Source of the DNA: Ramazzottius varieornatus
Taxonomy: Eukaryota > Animalia > Tardigrada
Assembly: GCA_001949185.1 (NCBI GenBank)
Contig: BDGG01000011.1
Span: forward strand, 1,678,902-1,742,901
Length of the DNA stretch: 64,000 nt
Direction: 5' to 3'
Every line of letters starts with the position of its first letter. Positions within the stretch are counted from its first letter, which is position 1. The notes beneath the pieces are model-generated. The model did not search any database and was not told where the DNA came from. It saw only the letters and a list, made by a program, of their open reading frames with translations. Of the stretch, positions 49,501 to 63,400 are shown piece after piece. Position numbers and translations under genes: made by a program.

Positions 49501-52500
49501 CCACGGACTCAAAAAAACATTCGATTGATTCGCTTTATGTGGAATCCGTTAGACCTTTCTTTGGAAAGGTCTACACCCGGTATGGACACAACTGAGATAC
49601 AAGCCGGACGCGGATATCGAGCTTCCCTTAACCGACGACATGTGCGTACTTTGAAACTCAAAAGATCGCCTTCTAATAAAACTGCGACTTACAGTTCTCA
49701 CAGATGTGGTTAGTTTGGCCAGGATGTGCAACGTCCAGCATGGTCCAGCGTAAGCCGCTGTGTACTTTAGTTCGTTGGTGCTGTCTCATCCAAGCGCGCT
49801 GTGCGTTCAAGGTCAGACCTGACGTTAGGAGTCTCAACTTGTGCCACGTGCCTTCTTTCAGATTGATCAGGACGTCTCAATGCTGTGTACAGAATCATTG
49901 GATGAAGTGCGAGGGTTGTCGCAACGGGCGGGTCGCAGATGACGAAAGCTGCAACGATGGACCAGTCGCGCCTTCGTGACCCAAGGTAGCAGCGATGTGG
50001 CTCCAGAGACATTTTCGACGAAATCGAGTCTAGCTCAACTGCAGAAAACCACAAACAGGTGCACGTTGACGAACATACCCACGCATGTCATGAGCGGGTT
50101 TGGAATTCCCCTGGTCCGGCTGCACTAAAGGTTATCGGCGCATCATACAGCCCGATGCGGCAGAGAGATCCTGAAATACGGTTAAGTGTTATTTCCTTCA
50201 GGTGATATTTATGAATAGGCTAGACTAAGCTGGGCCCTTCATAGTCCTTTATCCTTGCCGCCGTGGGCTGCTACTAGTATAGGAAACCGCAAAGTCTGCT
50301 TGAACAGAAACGCCTAGTCCATGGAGCCACCAGGTTTGCCATAAAATTAGGCAACTGCCCACCATAGTTACTAGTCGATTTGGGTACGAGAAGTGAGGCC
50401 TTACTTCGTTCAGTCAAGTTCTGAAGATGGCGTTGCTGGTTGCGAAATCAAACCAAAATCAGCTGGCGCTCAGAAGGCAACTTAGCAGAAGTGGACAAAG
50501 TCTCTACCTTTCCGCGGATTTGGCCCACGGAACAGTGGTTGGACTAGGGTTTATTGATGGTTTCAGTTTTTAATTAATCAGTCAAATGAGACGTTGAAGG
50601 AAAGATGTCACTTAGGAGAGTAGAATCGCAAACGCAGACCCGGACCCCTGCCACTCGGTCAGCCTACTCAAATGCTCTGAAAACTGAAGTAATTCATTCC
50701 TTGCCACTGGCTACTATGCCACTATAGTCTCGGAGTGAGGGTTAACTGATTGTCTATGTAACATGCTGCGAACTTATCAGTGTGTTGCTCGACCCAGATC
50801 TAGCCCTGTGTTGCTGCGATTAACCTACCGTGAATATCTCATAGTCTCTCCCGAAGAAAGAGAGTACCTAGCAAAGTAGTAAGCGAGGTGTATTCCGTAC
50901 TTCCGTTTGGGCCAGACACGTATCTAGAGTATACTTATCTCAACCGGAACACACGTGGCCGAGCGCCGGCTGTGCGCCGGTATCTAGGTTAGCGACGCAC
51001 GCGCAAAATTATGGACTTGTAAACCTGTTTGACGATGGAACTCCAGCGCTTTCTGAATGCTCCCGTTATGTTTGACGACCGACCAATTTCCTCCAGGTTT
51101 GCCCACTCTCCTCGACTCTCAACTCTGTTGTTAATCCTGGCTTTTCCAGCCATCTGACAACATTGAAATCATACTGCGAGCAGCTGATCCCCACTACTTA
51201 GCAGACCTTGCTCCGCTAAATACTTTTGCCGTTACTGAACGGCTTCTAAATTCTACGATGCTTCAAATCGTTTGGTACTTGATAGCTTTGAGAACGAACG
51301 AAGCTGTACAAGTCCCTGGGCCGAAGCTATTCGAACGCCCTTATTATCAGGGTAGAAGCAAGAACATGATTGACGTTATTCTCTTGTGGAGGTGTCAACA
51401 CGCTCTCTTAGAAGTCCCAAAGCTTCAGGCATAAGCACTGGAAAAAATTATTTGCCATCTTTTTAAGCTTTGCTGTGGTGCCAAAGGATAGCGAAGTTGT
51501 CTTGCTCAGCTCTAGAATCTGTTTCAAGACATGGTGCTTGTTTTAGTGAAAGTGCTGATGAATCAATCTAAATGAAAATCCTATATTGAATATTCCGTAA
51601 AAGATGAATCTTCTTTTTCACAGGTAACCCCTAAACACCATAATGATGCCAGCATCATAATGATCAGCTGAACGGAGTTGGATCAGGAGGAGGTAGCAGG
51701 CGAGTTTTAGGAAACTCCCCTGCTTGGGAAAGTGGATCGGACGACAGGGCTAAGCGGGAGGATTAGACAGCCACGAGGTAAACATAAGACTTGTCAGAAA
51801 GTGTTATGACACTGCGTGACCGACCATCAGACTGTCATGTCAAACCAGATTCTGGCATGACAGCCTACGAGAAATCAATTTCAACCTATCTCCTTGAGCC
51901 CTTCGGTCCTCGGTCTTCGGCCTTGGACCGCGCGGCTTAGTGTCAGAACAAATACACGCCATCTGTAGACTTCGTAGCGAGATAGTTGTAACATTCAAAT
52001 TAAAATTGTGAGATTAAAATATTTCATATGCAGTTAAGTGAAGTCGCTTGTTGATATCATTTGGCTAGATGGCATTAGAAAAGGGACTCATGGTGGGCCA
52101 CACGGAGGAAATTTGATCAGAAGAATGGGTCGGGACGAGTAGAAAACAGGGTGAACTGGACGTGACTCGCGTTCGGCTGACTACGTGTTCTGCGAAGAGT
52201 AGTCACTCTTTTACACGAAACCACACCATACTGCTACCATTATTTCACAAAAAGCATTTCAAAAAAAAGACAAATTTGACAAAAATGAACAAAGTGTTGA
52301 TATTCTGACAAGTGCAGTTGTCCGACCAAAGGATCATGTCCGCAAAAGCCTGGTTTGTTTCCGCGCTTCGTCGCTGTGAGGGAGATCGAGATGACTGTCA
52401 AGCATTAATTCCTCCATCAGAAGAGCAGTGACATCGTCCCCAGCATAGCAAGTTAGCTCAGGTATAGTGGTAGCCATCTTGCACAAGAAGCTCATCTTTT

Positions 52501-54001
52501 ACGATCAAAAGAACAAACGCAATGCAGCAGTTGGTTATTCAACAGATCAACTTCTTAAACGGTTTCACATGGTGTGTGCTGCCATAGCTGTAACACATGC
52601 GCCTGCGCGCCTTGACATGGGAATGGCTACAGATGGACTTTACACCGCATCGGTGATGAGTCATTCCGCTTAAAGGCCCTTTTTTATTGCTCTTGAAAAA
52701 TTGTGCGAAAAATTATTAGCCTATGGCCAGACACGGGTGACTTTTCTAATGCTCTTTCGCCAATTGTAACATAAATCCTGAAAAGAGGCATAGATATGAA
52801 ACAGATAATCGAAAACTATTCCAAACGAATGGACAACTTTCGTGCACCAAACAAACTTCCGAAGTTAATAACCGTGAAAATGGAATCGGTATTATCGGTG
52901 GAACAATGGAACCGATAGTTTTTGAATCATGAATACATGGCTAATCAATCGGGCTGCTAGACCAGAGGTGCGGCTTTTCCAGTTTTTGTGTGTGTCGAGT
53001 CCTCGGCAGGATGGAAGTCGGGACCACAGGGCGATAAAAATGTGATTATGCACTCGTTGCACTCATTGAAATAAGCGATCTTGATTCATTAGTCTGAGCA
53101 ATGTGGCCGGTTCTTCGTAACTAGAACGATTTCATGGAAGTTTCACGTCGGACTGCGTTTTAGTTGGTAGTAATGAAGTTTTGGAGCTGGTGATCCGCCA
53201 GTGCACAGTCTCATGAATGTCCGATAGATGAAATGGAACGCCAGAACTTTCACGTCTGATCGTGTCCAAGCCGTATTCTCCTCCGTCATCGAAGACATGA
53301 AGGGTTCTTTCCTAATGTTGGTGATTTGTTGGATTTTCCCTTCTATAAATTTAAAAACCTCAGTGAACAACCGAAAACTCGGAAGACTGCACTGCAACAG
53401 ACCGTAAAGATATGTCAGAGTTTGTTACACAAAATGTGATATTTTCAGGGTACGTTAGTGACCGTTCCTGCAATAGCCGTACGAACGCATGCTTTATGCA
53501 GAGCCATTCTAGCAGAGGAACAGGCCCTGACACTAGTCATAAAACTGGTCTCTATCAAAAATAGTTGGGGAAGCAGCCACGCATTGTATGGGGCTCTTTG
53601 TGAGAGAGAAGATTTGGGGGCAGGTAAAGCAACGCTGATAAAGAGATGGGGAGACCAGGTTTCTACTCCTGGACAGACACACATTTGGCACAAGTGCACA
53701 TTTTTAGCTACAATTTCCCGAATAAAACATTTAGCAACAATCGTTCTGGAATTTCGTCGAACACTGACGCGTGGTCAGATACTGTATCTGCTGAATCTGT
53801 CGGTGTTAAAAAGCAAAAGAGTATCCGTAGCCTACTAAAGACTGAATTCAACCATGAGGACCGCGAAACTGAAAGAAAGCAGAGAGGCGTGTTTTTCGAA
53901 CAGAAGCAGAGAGTCTGGAAGTGGTTTCCCTTTTATAACTTGACGCCCGAATATCCTATTTTTTCACTCTTTCGCATGTGGATACCCGAAGGTATCTGGT
54001 A

Positions 54002-54123
54002 CTGTAATGCTTCTTGAACCTCACGCCCTGACTTCACTATGCGCGCCACTTTTACGGGTGTAGTGACTCATATAGTTCACGCGTGGTGTGACGTATATGC
54101 GTGAAATTCAAGAAGCATTACAG
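54002..54123. mobile_element. pogo-type MITE, 122 bp
   Basis: TA duplication; TIR CTGTAATGCTTCTTGAA. Confidence 0.85.
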
Positions 54124-54535
54124 TAGTCCATCTTCTGCTAGAATTTACCGTAAATAAAATTATGTGAATCGATCTCTGAAGAAATGCGCCACAGGAAACG
54201 GGTGCGGGTGAAAGTTCCTTTGAGCGAACTTGCCTGCTCTCTTCTTTCGCTCACAGTTCGCTTCCCCAAATCACTTAATTGAGGCACAAGAGTGTCAGGG
54301 CTTGTCCCCAGCTAGAATGGCTTTGCTTTATGCAGGTGCGTCGGCTATCGTTCAGGTTGGGCGGACTCACCTCGTAAATGCCATGGACGTACTGTGATGC
54401 TCCTGAATCAACGCGCACTCAACTCATTGGGATAAATGTTGCCGGGTGTGATTTATCAAAACCACATCTGACCACCCCGGGCAACAACGAATCAGCACGT
54501 GGTTGTGCGCGCGCTTTCTTAGGAGCACTGCAGTA

Positions 54536-54639
54536 TAATGTCGGAAGTGCATCGGTTCCCGTGATCACGTGGTCTTACAGTATTAGTCACCAGAAGGCAA
54601 ATCCACGTGACCACGCGAAGGGATGCATTTCCGACATTG
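54536..54639. mobile_element. About 104-bp hairpin/MITE, copy 1
   Basis: About 36-bp arms ending CGTGATCACGTG / CACGTGACCACG; 32-nt spacer. Confidence 0.75.
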
Positions 54640-55067
54640 CACGATGCAAACCAAAGTTTCCAAACCGATTCGAGTCTTGACTGATAATCGTAGCCACAAT
54701 ACGACATCAGATCTGTCACGCACTGAAAATCAGACGGCGTTTAATAAACCAGTCAAAACTTGGGTCGGATTGGAGACGTTGGTTTGCGTTGTAGATGAGT
54801 GAAACATGTACGCCGTGACTTTTGACTTGCATGCCGTCAAATCACTCAGAGGATTTCATCCTTAAGTTCGAGTTCAGCCGAACCCGTGTTGCAGTCCTTA
54901 CAACACTACATAGGCCGAACCAAAAACTGGTCGTTTCTTCGAGCAGACATTGATTCACACATCTGAATGGTGTGGAATGATGTTCAGGAGCTGATGCTTA
55001 CGACGAACGAACACAGATTTATCAAAAGAACTTGTCGTAGGTTTCGTGTACGACTGTTATGCTTATA

Positions 55068-55170
55068 CAATGAGAAAAGTGCTTCCCTGCTCGTGATCAC
55101 GTGAAGTAATGAATCAGTCAACGGTTACAGGCAGCACGTGACCACGGGCAGGAAAGCACTTTTTTCATTG
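55068..55170. mobile_element. About 103-bp hairpin/MITE, copy 2
   Basis: Same inner motif and size as 54536-54639; 31-nt spacer. Confidence 0.75.
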
Positions 55171-55952
55171 TGCTAGTACGTGTAAACGAGCCAGAAAACA
55201 CGTTTCCCTAAAAGTTATGTTTTTCTCTGTTCCCAGGTTATACGAGGTTTTAAACATCGCTTTACACCATTCAGTTGGCAGATTTACTGCTCGCTCGAAC
55301 AAATGACCAGTTTCGGCTTTTGTAGTGCTGTATGGACTAACACTGGTTTACAGTGGGCGAGAAATCTTCAAAATTTTCTGTAGCTCCAGAAAGCGGTCGA
55401 GGTGGTTTCTTCCTGACAATTCGTAGGTAGCTTATAGTCATAGCTATCGAGTAAAAGTGTTGATATTGCGGTCGGCGTATGACACGGTCTGAGGGCCCTC
55501 TCGTGAGTGAGTGGATGGTTCGGTTATACGGTTCTGCGATTGCGACCATCTGTACCGTGGGCCATGGTGATATTAGACACGATGCGCAACATCCCACGAG
55601 GATACGAAGACGAACGCACGACTACGGTGGAATCGCTGATTTGGGCGTGTGGAACGTTGAAAGCATGAGTGGAGCGTATAAAACTGCACATTGACGAGAG
55701 CTTCAGCCTACAACGTTACGACAGAACAGGCCCTCGGTCGTAACGGTGTCCACGTGCATTCGTCATCGTGTCCTAGTGATTTGTTGCGAATCGTGTGTAT
55801 TCTGCACTGACGAGACTTGTAAGGTTTGCGGGTTCCTTCTGAGTAGGAAACTGGACGGTGCTTCCTTTACATTTTGCGACTACGTGACATCAGAAACATC
55901 ATAATTTATTTGACCAGGGGGTGGACGCAAACGCATCATTTCAGCGATCTGG

Positions 55953-56489
55953 TCACCGCACTATTGACTTACTATAGTTGAAGAGCTGAATCAACGCCGC
56001 CTCGACGCTACGTGCGCCGTATTCAGAGTGTTCGTCGATGATGTTGAAATCCACCACAAATCCTTCAGTTTCCCAGATGCGACAAATTTTGTCATGTTTT
56101 GCGGTAACACTATTCTGGTCGATATACTTTATCGCTTTGCTTCTTTGCTCTGGTAGTCCAAACCAAGGACGAGATTCCGCCATATGGTCCTCCGGTCGTT
56201 CTTGGTTGGTCTTTGAGAAGCCCACGTAGAATATTCCATCAAAGAATGTTTGAAATATAGCCTGGAACTTGAATTTTAGTCGATCATCGTATCTTCCTAG
56301 CTGCAGAAGAGCGTCTTTAACGTTTTTTCCATCCACCAGAAGATACACCATCCCGCGATGCTCTTCATTCTTAGTTTTTTCCAATTCTTTTACCAATGTT
56401 GTGAACTTTGAATAGACTCGAGACGTCTCGTTTCCCTGTATTAGAAAGTCCCACTGATCCATCACGAAGTCCCACCCGACAAATTTCAT
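55953..56489 (-). CDS. LEM-3/ANKLE1-like GIY-YIG nuclease domain (partial, possibly a pseudogene)
   Basis: MVYLLVDG...IFYVG...ERPEDH...KICRIW...VEAALI parallels the ANKLE1/LEM-3 pattern YLLLDP, IFYVGKG, RP..H, I..IW, EAC. Confidence 0.6.
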   Translation of the reverse strand: MKFVGWDFVMDQWDFLIQGNETSRVYSKFTTLVKELEKTKNEEHRGMVYLLVDGKNVKDALLQLGRYDDRLKFKFQAIFQTFFDGIFYVGFSKTNQERPEDHMAESRPWFGLPEQRSKAIKYIDQNSVTAKHDKICRIWETEGFVVDFNIIDEHSEYGARSVEAALIQLFNYSKSIVR

Positions 56490-59400
56490 ATCCTTGGATT
56501 CGGGTATCAGCCCGCCTAGGAACCGAGGTATCAGTCAAGAGAAATGACCTCAAACACTGATAAGGGAATCTTCTGAAGTAAAACATCAGACCAGAATCTC
56601 GATATGCTCGAACGACAGCTGAAACATCTGAGAAACTTTCAACAAGCGACGGCGATCTCGTGCGTGGACCTACTTCGAGTGTTTGACAAATCTTAGAATG
56701 CGTGGGACTTCCGTACAACTCGTATGGGGCCATTGAGTTTTGTATATCTGGCGACTCTCGTTTGGTTTATAACTACGACTGGGTTTTTTAACGTCCATCT
56801 CTTCAGGCAAAAACTACTGATCAAATCGCGCGAAATTTTGTACACAACATCGGAGGACAATTTGTGGGTGGCTAAAGCAGTTGTCATTGCTTAAAGTTCG
56901 ATTTGACTTTCGTCTGGTCCATTTTCTTGGCATATAAAAGCTGTTTGAATATCCACTTCACCAGTTGGCTAGGGTCGAAATAGATTTTCTGAACATGACC
57001 TTCCCGAAATTGTGTGGTTGGCCACATATTAGAAACAGTCCCTCAGAAGGTCCTCATGAAGCTAGCTCACAGGTTAAAAGTGAAATAGGTTTCCGGTTCG
57101 GAAGGGCTCGCCGCATGGAACTGACAAATTGCTCCAACGGACCGCTAACCAAGTCATCCAGAACTGGAGATCATGTGCATCAGATTCAGAAGCTGGATTT
57201 CCACATAATACGGACTGCCGATCCCTCCTGAAGAGTCTGGTCGAACAGATGTGTGGCTCATCCTCAGCGGTCAAACGACCTACTTTTCGCGATTTTAGAT
57301 TTACTACTGTATCGTTATTCGATAAGCCTACGCAACGTGATCCGTGCAACACCACCTCTGAAACTGCGGTATTGGCCAAATTCACTATTCATTTTATCTG
57401 GTTTGAAAACTGCTATACTGCGAAAAAGCTAGCTCGTGAGTTGTCTCCTCAACACTCAGGGATCCACGGGTTACGTGCATTTTGTGGCACGATGGGTCCA
57501 AACTCACCCCAGTGTTTTAACTGACAGGAATGGAAAGGCGGTACTTGTTTCGGCCAATCAGCCCATTTTCATTATTCCATAGTTCTATGTTTGATTGCGC
57601 CCGCAGCCAGTAGCGGTTTTTCACACAAAGAGAAATGAATTTTCTCAAACTTCCGGATCAATGACCGACGCGGATCCGACTCACGACTTGGAGGTAGCAA
57701 CGAGTTTTGGAACTCGTAAATGTTCAGGCTGAACAGCAAGTGTCATTTTTTAGGTTTTTTTGAAGAAAGAGAGCAACTTACTGCATTGGTGGTTATCGGA
57801 TTCAACCTTGTAATAGAATTTCATCCTACACTCCGGGCATTCGTAGCCTCCTGTAATGAAACTACAGTAAGTTACAATGCGACTTGATATGCATCCATAG
57901 CGATATCATGTTAGTCACAGTCCGGATTTCACAGGTTTACCGGAATGATTACTCGTATAGGCGGTGAACATTACGTTGTCACAGACAGGACAGCTACAAG
58001 GGCCTTCTGTTTTGTAGGTCGGTGGTATTTCCAGAGGTTTTAACCTTCTCAGAAACAATCCGATCTACTTGTTTGTTTTCATCTACGGAATTATCGCCTG
58101 CGTTTGAACTTGGCGACATACGTCTGTTTCGGATCATCGTTCTTAATTCCTTGTTCGTCACTACGTCACACAATCAAACTTCTACACTGGGGTGGCTCTC
58201 AGTGTACGTCAGTTATACAGTTACCACTGTCCTTCTTTCCCGGTTTACCTCCTTCGTTCTCAAAGTCCCAATGACGTTTCCTGTAGTGCTCTCTCAGCCA
58301 CGTTGCGGAGTCGTTCTTATCGCACGTATCCCAGCAAGTACGGCAAACGGCTACATCATGCGGCTTTTCTGCAACCGAAAGATCAACACCATCTTGTCAG
58401 CAAGGTACTCACCCAGATTGCACTAACTTCCTTACCGTCGCAATTGGTGAGATAAACACTAGATAGTCTCAAAACTCTGCAACTCACCGAGGCACGGGCC
58501 ATGTGCTTTTAAGTTCTCTTTTGTCTTCAGTCTTTGACCACATTGCTTACAAGGAATCTTGATAGATGAGGCTTCTACAAAACAAAAGTATTGTTATCCT
58601 CCATATATCCTGCATAGTCCCGCAGCATTGAGTGTTCGAACGGGTAGATTGGAGACAGCTTTTGGGAAATCTCACATACGGCTGTGCCGCACCAGAGATC
58701 TCCGAAGATTTGATTGTTGGATTCAGTCTGATGCGGTATTGCATCAGACTTACCATGCTTCCAACCTTTTTCTTGTCTCCCGATGCTCCAGTCATACTGT
58801 CTCGCTTTTTCCTTGCTGTCCTAGATAAAGTAAGTGACCGTGCTTCACGGAACTCGTCTGAGGATGTATGGCGGATTACTAGCTACCCCACTGCTGTTGT
58901 TTCAGGTTAGTCGACAGAGCGTCGTGTTAGCCTGCCTGCCTCGTCCTGCCATCTCGTGTTTGGTGTTCCTGTCTTCTGGCCTCGCTTTCTCCCGGTTCTC
59001 CTTGTTCAAGTGGGTAATCGACTTTTTCGTGGCAGTCACCATGGGATGAATGGTGACTGCCACGAATGAATGAATGGTGGATCAGTTGAGTACCCGACTG
59101 CTCTAATCTCAGGCTAGCCGGTCGTAACCAAGTGTTTGCTTGCCTGCCTCCCGTCATCGTGTGCTTGGGGATTCCTGTCTTCTTGGCGGTACTGCCTCTA
59201 CCCTTCACATCCTTCGCCTCTTTCAGAGCTCCTCATACCTGCTGCTTGTTTTTGCTTGGTTGTCTTACAGGTTAGAGATGGTATTAGCAGGGTAACATAC
59301 TGATGGTGCACTTGGATGCAGGTGCGCGTCTCCGGTAGACATGCGCATTGTGATGCATGACGGTTCTGGCTTTTCAAAACGGATGCTACATGCAAGTGCA

Positions 59401-61419
59401 TACAACTTTTGAAGTGATGCTCTGTTCTTGTTTCACAATTTATTTTTCGGTAAAGTATGACGTCATCGGTTCTGATGGGCGTGTCAGTGATTCCCGCCTC
59501 CCCTAGTCGCTTTTGAGACCGCGTTTCCACTGATCTGATATCACCGTGCTGCACAGCTGCGCGACTATGCAGGATAGGGGCATCTCCATACGATAATGCG
59601 TCCAAAGCATGTCTGACCAAATTGTTCAGGAGAGCATTTTAAAGTTTTCGGACCTCAAGGGTAATCCTAATTGGAACTTGTACCTACATCAAAAAGACCC
59701 TAAGGAATACGAATTCGAAGTCAGAATCAAGTTTCGACCACAGCTCAGAAAGGTAGGAAGAACAAGGTGGAAGCCCCGAATTCCCGTGTATTACGTAATC
59801 AGCACGCGGATCGGTTGTACGCGCTGTGCGCAGTCATCTTAATTAATTAATCAAATAACAACAGTGCAGAGAAGACGTGCACCGGAAGTGCTCGCTAGCG
59901 CTCGTCTCTAATCAAAGCGCGTTGATCGTGTTAAGACTGGCTCCCAACACCCCTTTGTTTTTCGAATAGAATTCTCAAAACTATCAGCCATTCGTTTTAT
60001 CTTCATTACGGTAACAAATGGTAGCAAAATGAACCTGTGATGCACTTTGGTATTCCAAATGACCTGATGTCGGAAAAGACCGATTCGGAGAAAAAACACT
60101 TTGGACGCATTCTCGTATGGAGATACCCATATATTGACTCTGATACTGGCCCAGACTTTATCGTTGTGCGTATACCATTCCGCGTTTGAATGCAGCTGGG
60201 CATTGCCGTACGGACATCGACGCTATCAGTGGTCAAAAGTGGTAAGTGGTTAGTGGTGCGATGCAAGCATATAGTACTACAGCTCAGTAGAAATCCCTTT
60301 GTGTCCGACCACGAGATAAACGACATAATTCTGGCGTACCCGTTTTTCGGACGTAATTCTGACGGCGTAAATTATTTAAACATTATCATCAGTGCTTGAT
60401 TCATTTCTCATCGTACGCCTGTCGATACAAGTTCAGGCTTTTCAATATTAGACAAACCCCTCTTCCTCCCAAGACCAATTTCTTCGATCCTGTACCTATC
60501 TTCATTGTAAAACCTATCCAGAGCTCTGCGAGATAAGTTTGTCTACCTGGGAAACGAAAAACCAAGCTAATTGATGCAGCGAGCTCAAAAATACAGACCG
60601 TCGGGACTAGTCCCGAAAATAGGTACGGCCGAATTATGTCGTTTACCTCGTAATAGTTTTATATTATGCTTTCATGTGACGCACAGGTCATGTAAGCAGC
60701 CAGTGCTACGGACATTTGCAAGTGCGCGTAAACGTTACGGCTGCCCCCAGATATTTCATGTCGTTTGTCGAATTTCATGTTTGTGGTACATCGACCTAAA
60801 TCATTGCTCGCCGAAAACAGTCTGGAAGGCAGTGAAGAGACAAGAGGCGTCTGAAAATGACTTCCAAGTTATGTGGAATATCCTCCACCTTACCTAGACC
60901 TGGTCCAATTCAGTAGACCACGGTTTCAGTTTGTCAGACGGCTCGCTAACAAATTGCTGGTCTCCGATTGAATTTGGGCTCACGACCAGTTTCCAACAGC
61001 TGGGGGAAGACCGAGAGTCGCATTCTCAAAGGGTGAACCAGCCGCAGACCGCTTCAGAAAAGCCGTCGTGTGACGGACAGTGTCCTTCAGTGTTCTTCTT
61101 GTGTAGCTGCCACGGGCACAGCCGATGGTGTCCTCTAGTCGAACCCGAATGGGCGACCAAAACCCCCCACGAATTTTGCGTTTCCCGGAAACTTTTTAAA
61201 AAATTTGAACGATTTGTTTGCTCGCCTTTCACACACCTTACTTACCACATTTATAGTAGTGTGTCACAAGTGATCCGATATCGTCAAAAGACTCCAGACA
61301 TTGCTCGCAAGCATCAGCATCTGCAAGGAGAAGAGATTCTCATCTGTTACGAGTTAAACTCTGGACACCACAGAATTTGCCTGCGGGCGAATTTCTCTCA
61401 CGCCAGCTGCTGTATGTGC

Positions 61420-61616
61420 GAGGTAAACGACGCGATTTGGTCATAGCGAATTTCCCGTCACGATTCGGCCAGTCCCAGAAGTTTATGCTTTACAACCTAC
61501 GCTACCTTGATTGTTCATCGTACAAAACGCAGCGATTCCGTTGAGTATACACTGAGAAAAAACCTGACCGAATCGTGGGTTAAAATCTGCTATGACCAAA
61601 TCGCCTCGTTTACCTC
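61420..61616. mobile_element. About 200-bp MITE-like inverted-repeat element
   Basis: GAGGTAAACGACGCGATTTGGTCATAGC...CACGATTCGG mirrored at 61565-61616. Confidence 0.7.
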
Positions 61617-61699
61617 TTACCTTTAGCTTCCGTCACGAATTTATCAATACGGTCAGCCAGAGTTTTTGTAGCATCGGTGAGCTCCGGAAGAATATTCAA

Positions 61700-63400
61700 A
61701 CTCAGGGTCACCGTATCACCTATTATCATGGCATCTGGAACAAATAAAGCACACTTGTTTTACCAACCAAAATGAAACAAACGATTTACAGTAGTGGTAA
61801 GCTGGTTGTGGTAACAATTTTAGACTGGCGTCGCGTTCCATACTCTTTTGGTTTGTGAATGGCTCACACATGGTTGAACGGTAGCTAATATTGTATTTCT
61901 ATGGTGTCCGTACTTATTCCATTTTTTCCGTTTGCTCTGCAGCGGATTTCTTGTGTTTTTGGGCAAGCATCCCACCATTTTCCTGAGTCGTCCAGAACGG
62001 GTGGTGTCCAATTTTCAATACTTTTCCATAGCGAAGCTGCATCATTACTGCTTGTGTCAATACCAAGTTTTTCGCAGAGTATCTTTAGGTCACTCAGAGA
62101 GACGGATATCGTCGCTCCTAAAGCTTCGTTGTTGGTACTGCTAGAATCCAGTTCTGCTGTAGCGTTGTTGTTGGTGGTAGAAGGGCTCAATGGATCTGTA
62201 ACACTTGCTCTGTACAGCACTTTCGGCCCATCGCACTTTTTCAAACTCAGAACACACAAATTAACCATTTTGTCGTACCAGATGTAAAATATGTGTTTCC
62301 TGCACAATCTAAAGCTCATTTTCTAACTTAGCACTTGTAAATTTCGAGCATAACCGCGAGGAAAGCGTTTCAAGGTTAATTAGGCTCGTTAATGGACTCC
62401 ACTGTAGTAAAAGTCTTACCGGTCATGGTATTTTATGCCGGAAAACACAGCAGGCGTAAAACAGCTTTGAGGATGCGCAAAATACCACTTGAACTCGTAT
62501 CTATAAACAGTGCTAGTGGAAAAACAAAGGATCAGAAATACCAGTGTCGGCAACGGTAACTGTCAAGAGGGGATTCAACAGCAAGCGCATTAAACATCAG
62601 TGGACAACCTGCGTTCTTTACGGATTGAGTGTGTTGTGTAGCGTCAACAGTCTTACGCTGAAAATCCAGTAACGCTCGCCCGTCAACTTTCTGCAAACAG
62701 TTGAACGCCGGAAGGCGAGTCACAATTTTTTGCGGTATGAAAGCGCTTAAGGGGTGCGCTGAAGTTACCATTAGCCAACTTACCAGCGTCTAAAAGCCGG
62801 TTTTGCCGGCATCTGTCAGTACAATGTTAAGTCTCGGTGCATCGATACAAAATGGCGCAGTAATGCTTGGTACTGCTTGTGTCCGTTTAAATGTCTCTCT
62901 GATTAGTTTGGGCTAGATCGTTCAAGCAACTTTCTTAGTTCAGATAATGCCCGTGGCTCAGGCACCTGCTCGCATTACGGTGTCTGAAGATGCTCGCATG
63001 TGTTTAGATACCTCGTAATTTTTCTAAGCACTCATCAATGTACACGACTCGCGAACCAGAGCGCCTTAGCTACCCAAACACCACAAACGACGTTCCTGTT
63101 GCACGGTCCTTGTACAACAGACACAACACGAGGATGTCGACGAGAAAAGCGGTAATTCTAAAGCAAAAAGCATTACCGGCGTACCATACTGCACCAGTAG
63201 CATCCGAGCAAACTGGTCAGCGAAAAAGGAGAAGCCGGTGTTATTGAGACCTTGCTGAATCTGGTCCTGAAAGTCCAAGAAAGAGTGTCGATACTGTACT
63301 AGGTCCCCGCAATGTAGTCTGTACCAAGCGCCGGCTGGCAGCCTTTTGCGGTGTCACGACAAAACATGTTAAGTTATCTGTCCAGGCTGCCGCAGCTATG
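61700..63400 (-). mobile_element. Possible decayed KDZ (Kyakuja/Dileera/Zisupton)-like transposase with a SAP-like motif
   Basis: LSDLKILCEKLGIDTS...LWKSI (SAP-like); upstream FCIDAPRLNIVLTD; downstream K.WNKYG...PCVSH; heavily broken. Confidence 0.3.
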
